DNA of 63,523 nucleotides, the filler included, from Rhabdomonas costata (Eukaryota), in assembly GCA_019059605.1 (NCBI GenBank). It is 54 parts of 54 records of this genome, joined end to end, with 100 filler letters (N's around TTAATTAATTAA, not from the genome) between each part and the next. Parts side by side here need not be neighbours in the genome. Positions count along the whole stretch, not along the records: positions 62,446 to 63,523 come from JAHMHO010029817.1; 53 more parts are not named here. One strand, written 5' to 3'. Positions 62,901-63,523 of this stretch are shown in pieces (the first letter of the stretch is position 1; each line of letters begins with the position of its first letter). The notes beneath the pieces were generated by a model. That model was not told where the DNA came from, did no database searches, and worked only from the letters and a program-made list of their open reading frames with translations. The position numbers and the translations under genes are program-made.

Positions 62901-63523
62901 TCATGTTCCACTGTTGGTCTGTCACACTCGCTCGTTGCACTCGCTCCTGTTTCCTCCTAACGTCCTCGTTCACATTCACTACGCTAACGCTACGTTCATG
63001 TACACGTTCTCACGGTTTACACTCGACATTCACTTCGCTATCGCTCCGTTCATGTCTCCTTTTCACTATTCTTGGCGGCAGGAATCTCGGTACCTCGAAC
63101 CCTTCCTCCACATGAAGATGCCTGAACTTAGACGTCGTCACATTCGTCAAAGTCGCTCCTTGCTGCACAATGTCGCTCCTTTTTCCTTCTCTTGGATGTT
63201 CGTTCGAAACACTTTTCTGCTGATGTCATGGGCATGTTTATTGTGACTGAAAACGTCCGAATTTGCTCTCTTGTTCTCGCTTTCTCGAGCGTTTGAGTGG
63301 AAACTTGGGATTAATCATCACGACACAATAATGGTAATAATGCATCTTAATAAGCTCCAAGTCTGCATCCTGCAGATTCGATCCCAGATTTCCCCACCAG
63401 CGAATAGCGAAAAACGCAACGACTGCAGTACGAAGTGGTCCTAAAGAGTGAGCAAATTCGGACGTTTTCAGTCACAATAAACATGCCCATGACATCAGCA
63501 GAAAAGTGTTTCGAACCAACACC

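Noticed and set aside
62446-63120. Possible LTR-retrotransposon relic (also 5892-6360, 10605-11680, 52310-52920)
   Set aside because: These intron-free, non-host-like stretches show no recognisable RT, RNase H or integrase motif, so no call can be supported.
1-63523. Operon or gene-cluster interpretations across neighbouring genes
   Set aside because: The contigs are unlinked, so adjacency carries no biological information.

Overview
This is not a contiguous locus. It is 54 unrelated contigs of about 1.08 kb, joined by 53 artificial 100-bp linkers (44 N + TTAATTAATTAA + 44 N), so neighbouring genes are not linked and any ORF containing X's is an artefact. Nearly every contig begins with a G/T-only run and ends with a C/A-only run, and about 14 carry terminal fold-back palindromes. 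Both are signatures of primer-based whole-genome amplification of very little DNA, e.g. a single cell. 53 contigs look like the nuclear genome of an intron-rich flagellated protist, with GC-rich exons and GT-AG introns. Recognisable fragments are axonemal dynein heavy chain, CFAP46, exportin-7, a transportin-3/importin-13-like protein, TRPV-like and Slo/BK-like channels, two protein kinases, a DEAD-box helicase, a HELZ2-like Upf1-family helicase, a UBR-box, an MFS transporter, LRR/Cys-rich/Kelch surface proteins and an ECPRDAMQG-type HMG-CoA lyase. The lyase type and the donor-site profile (pyrimidine at +4) suggest a euglenozoan, possibly a euglenid; this is inference. The first contig (1-1078) is very AT-rich, intronless and gene-dense, and resembles Mimiviridae-type giant virus DNA amplified in the same library, which is the best lead here. 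All protein family calls come from motif recognition from memory, not from database searches.
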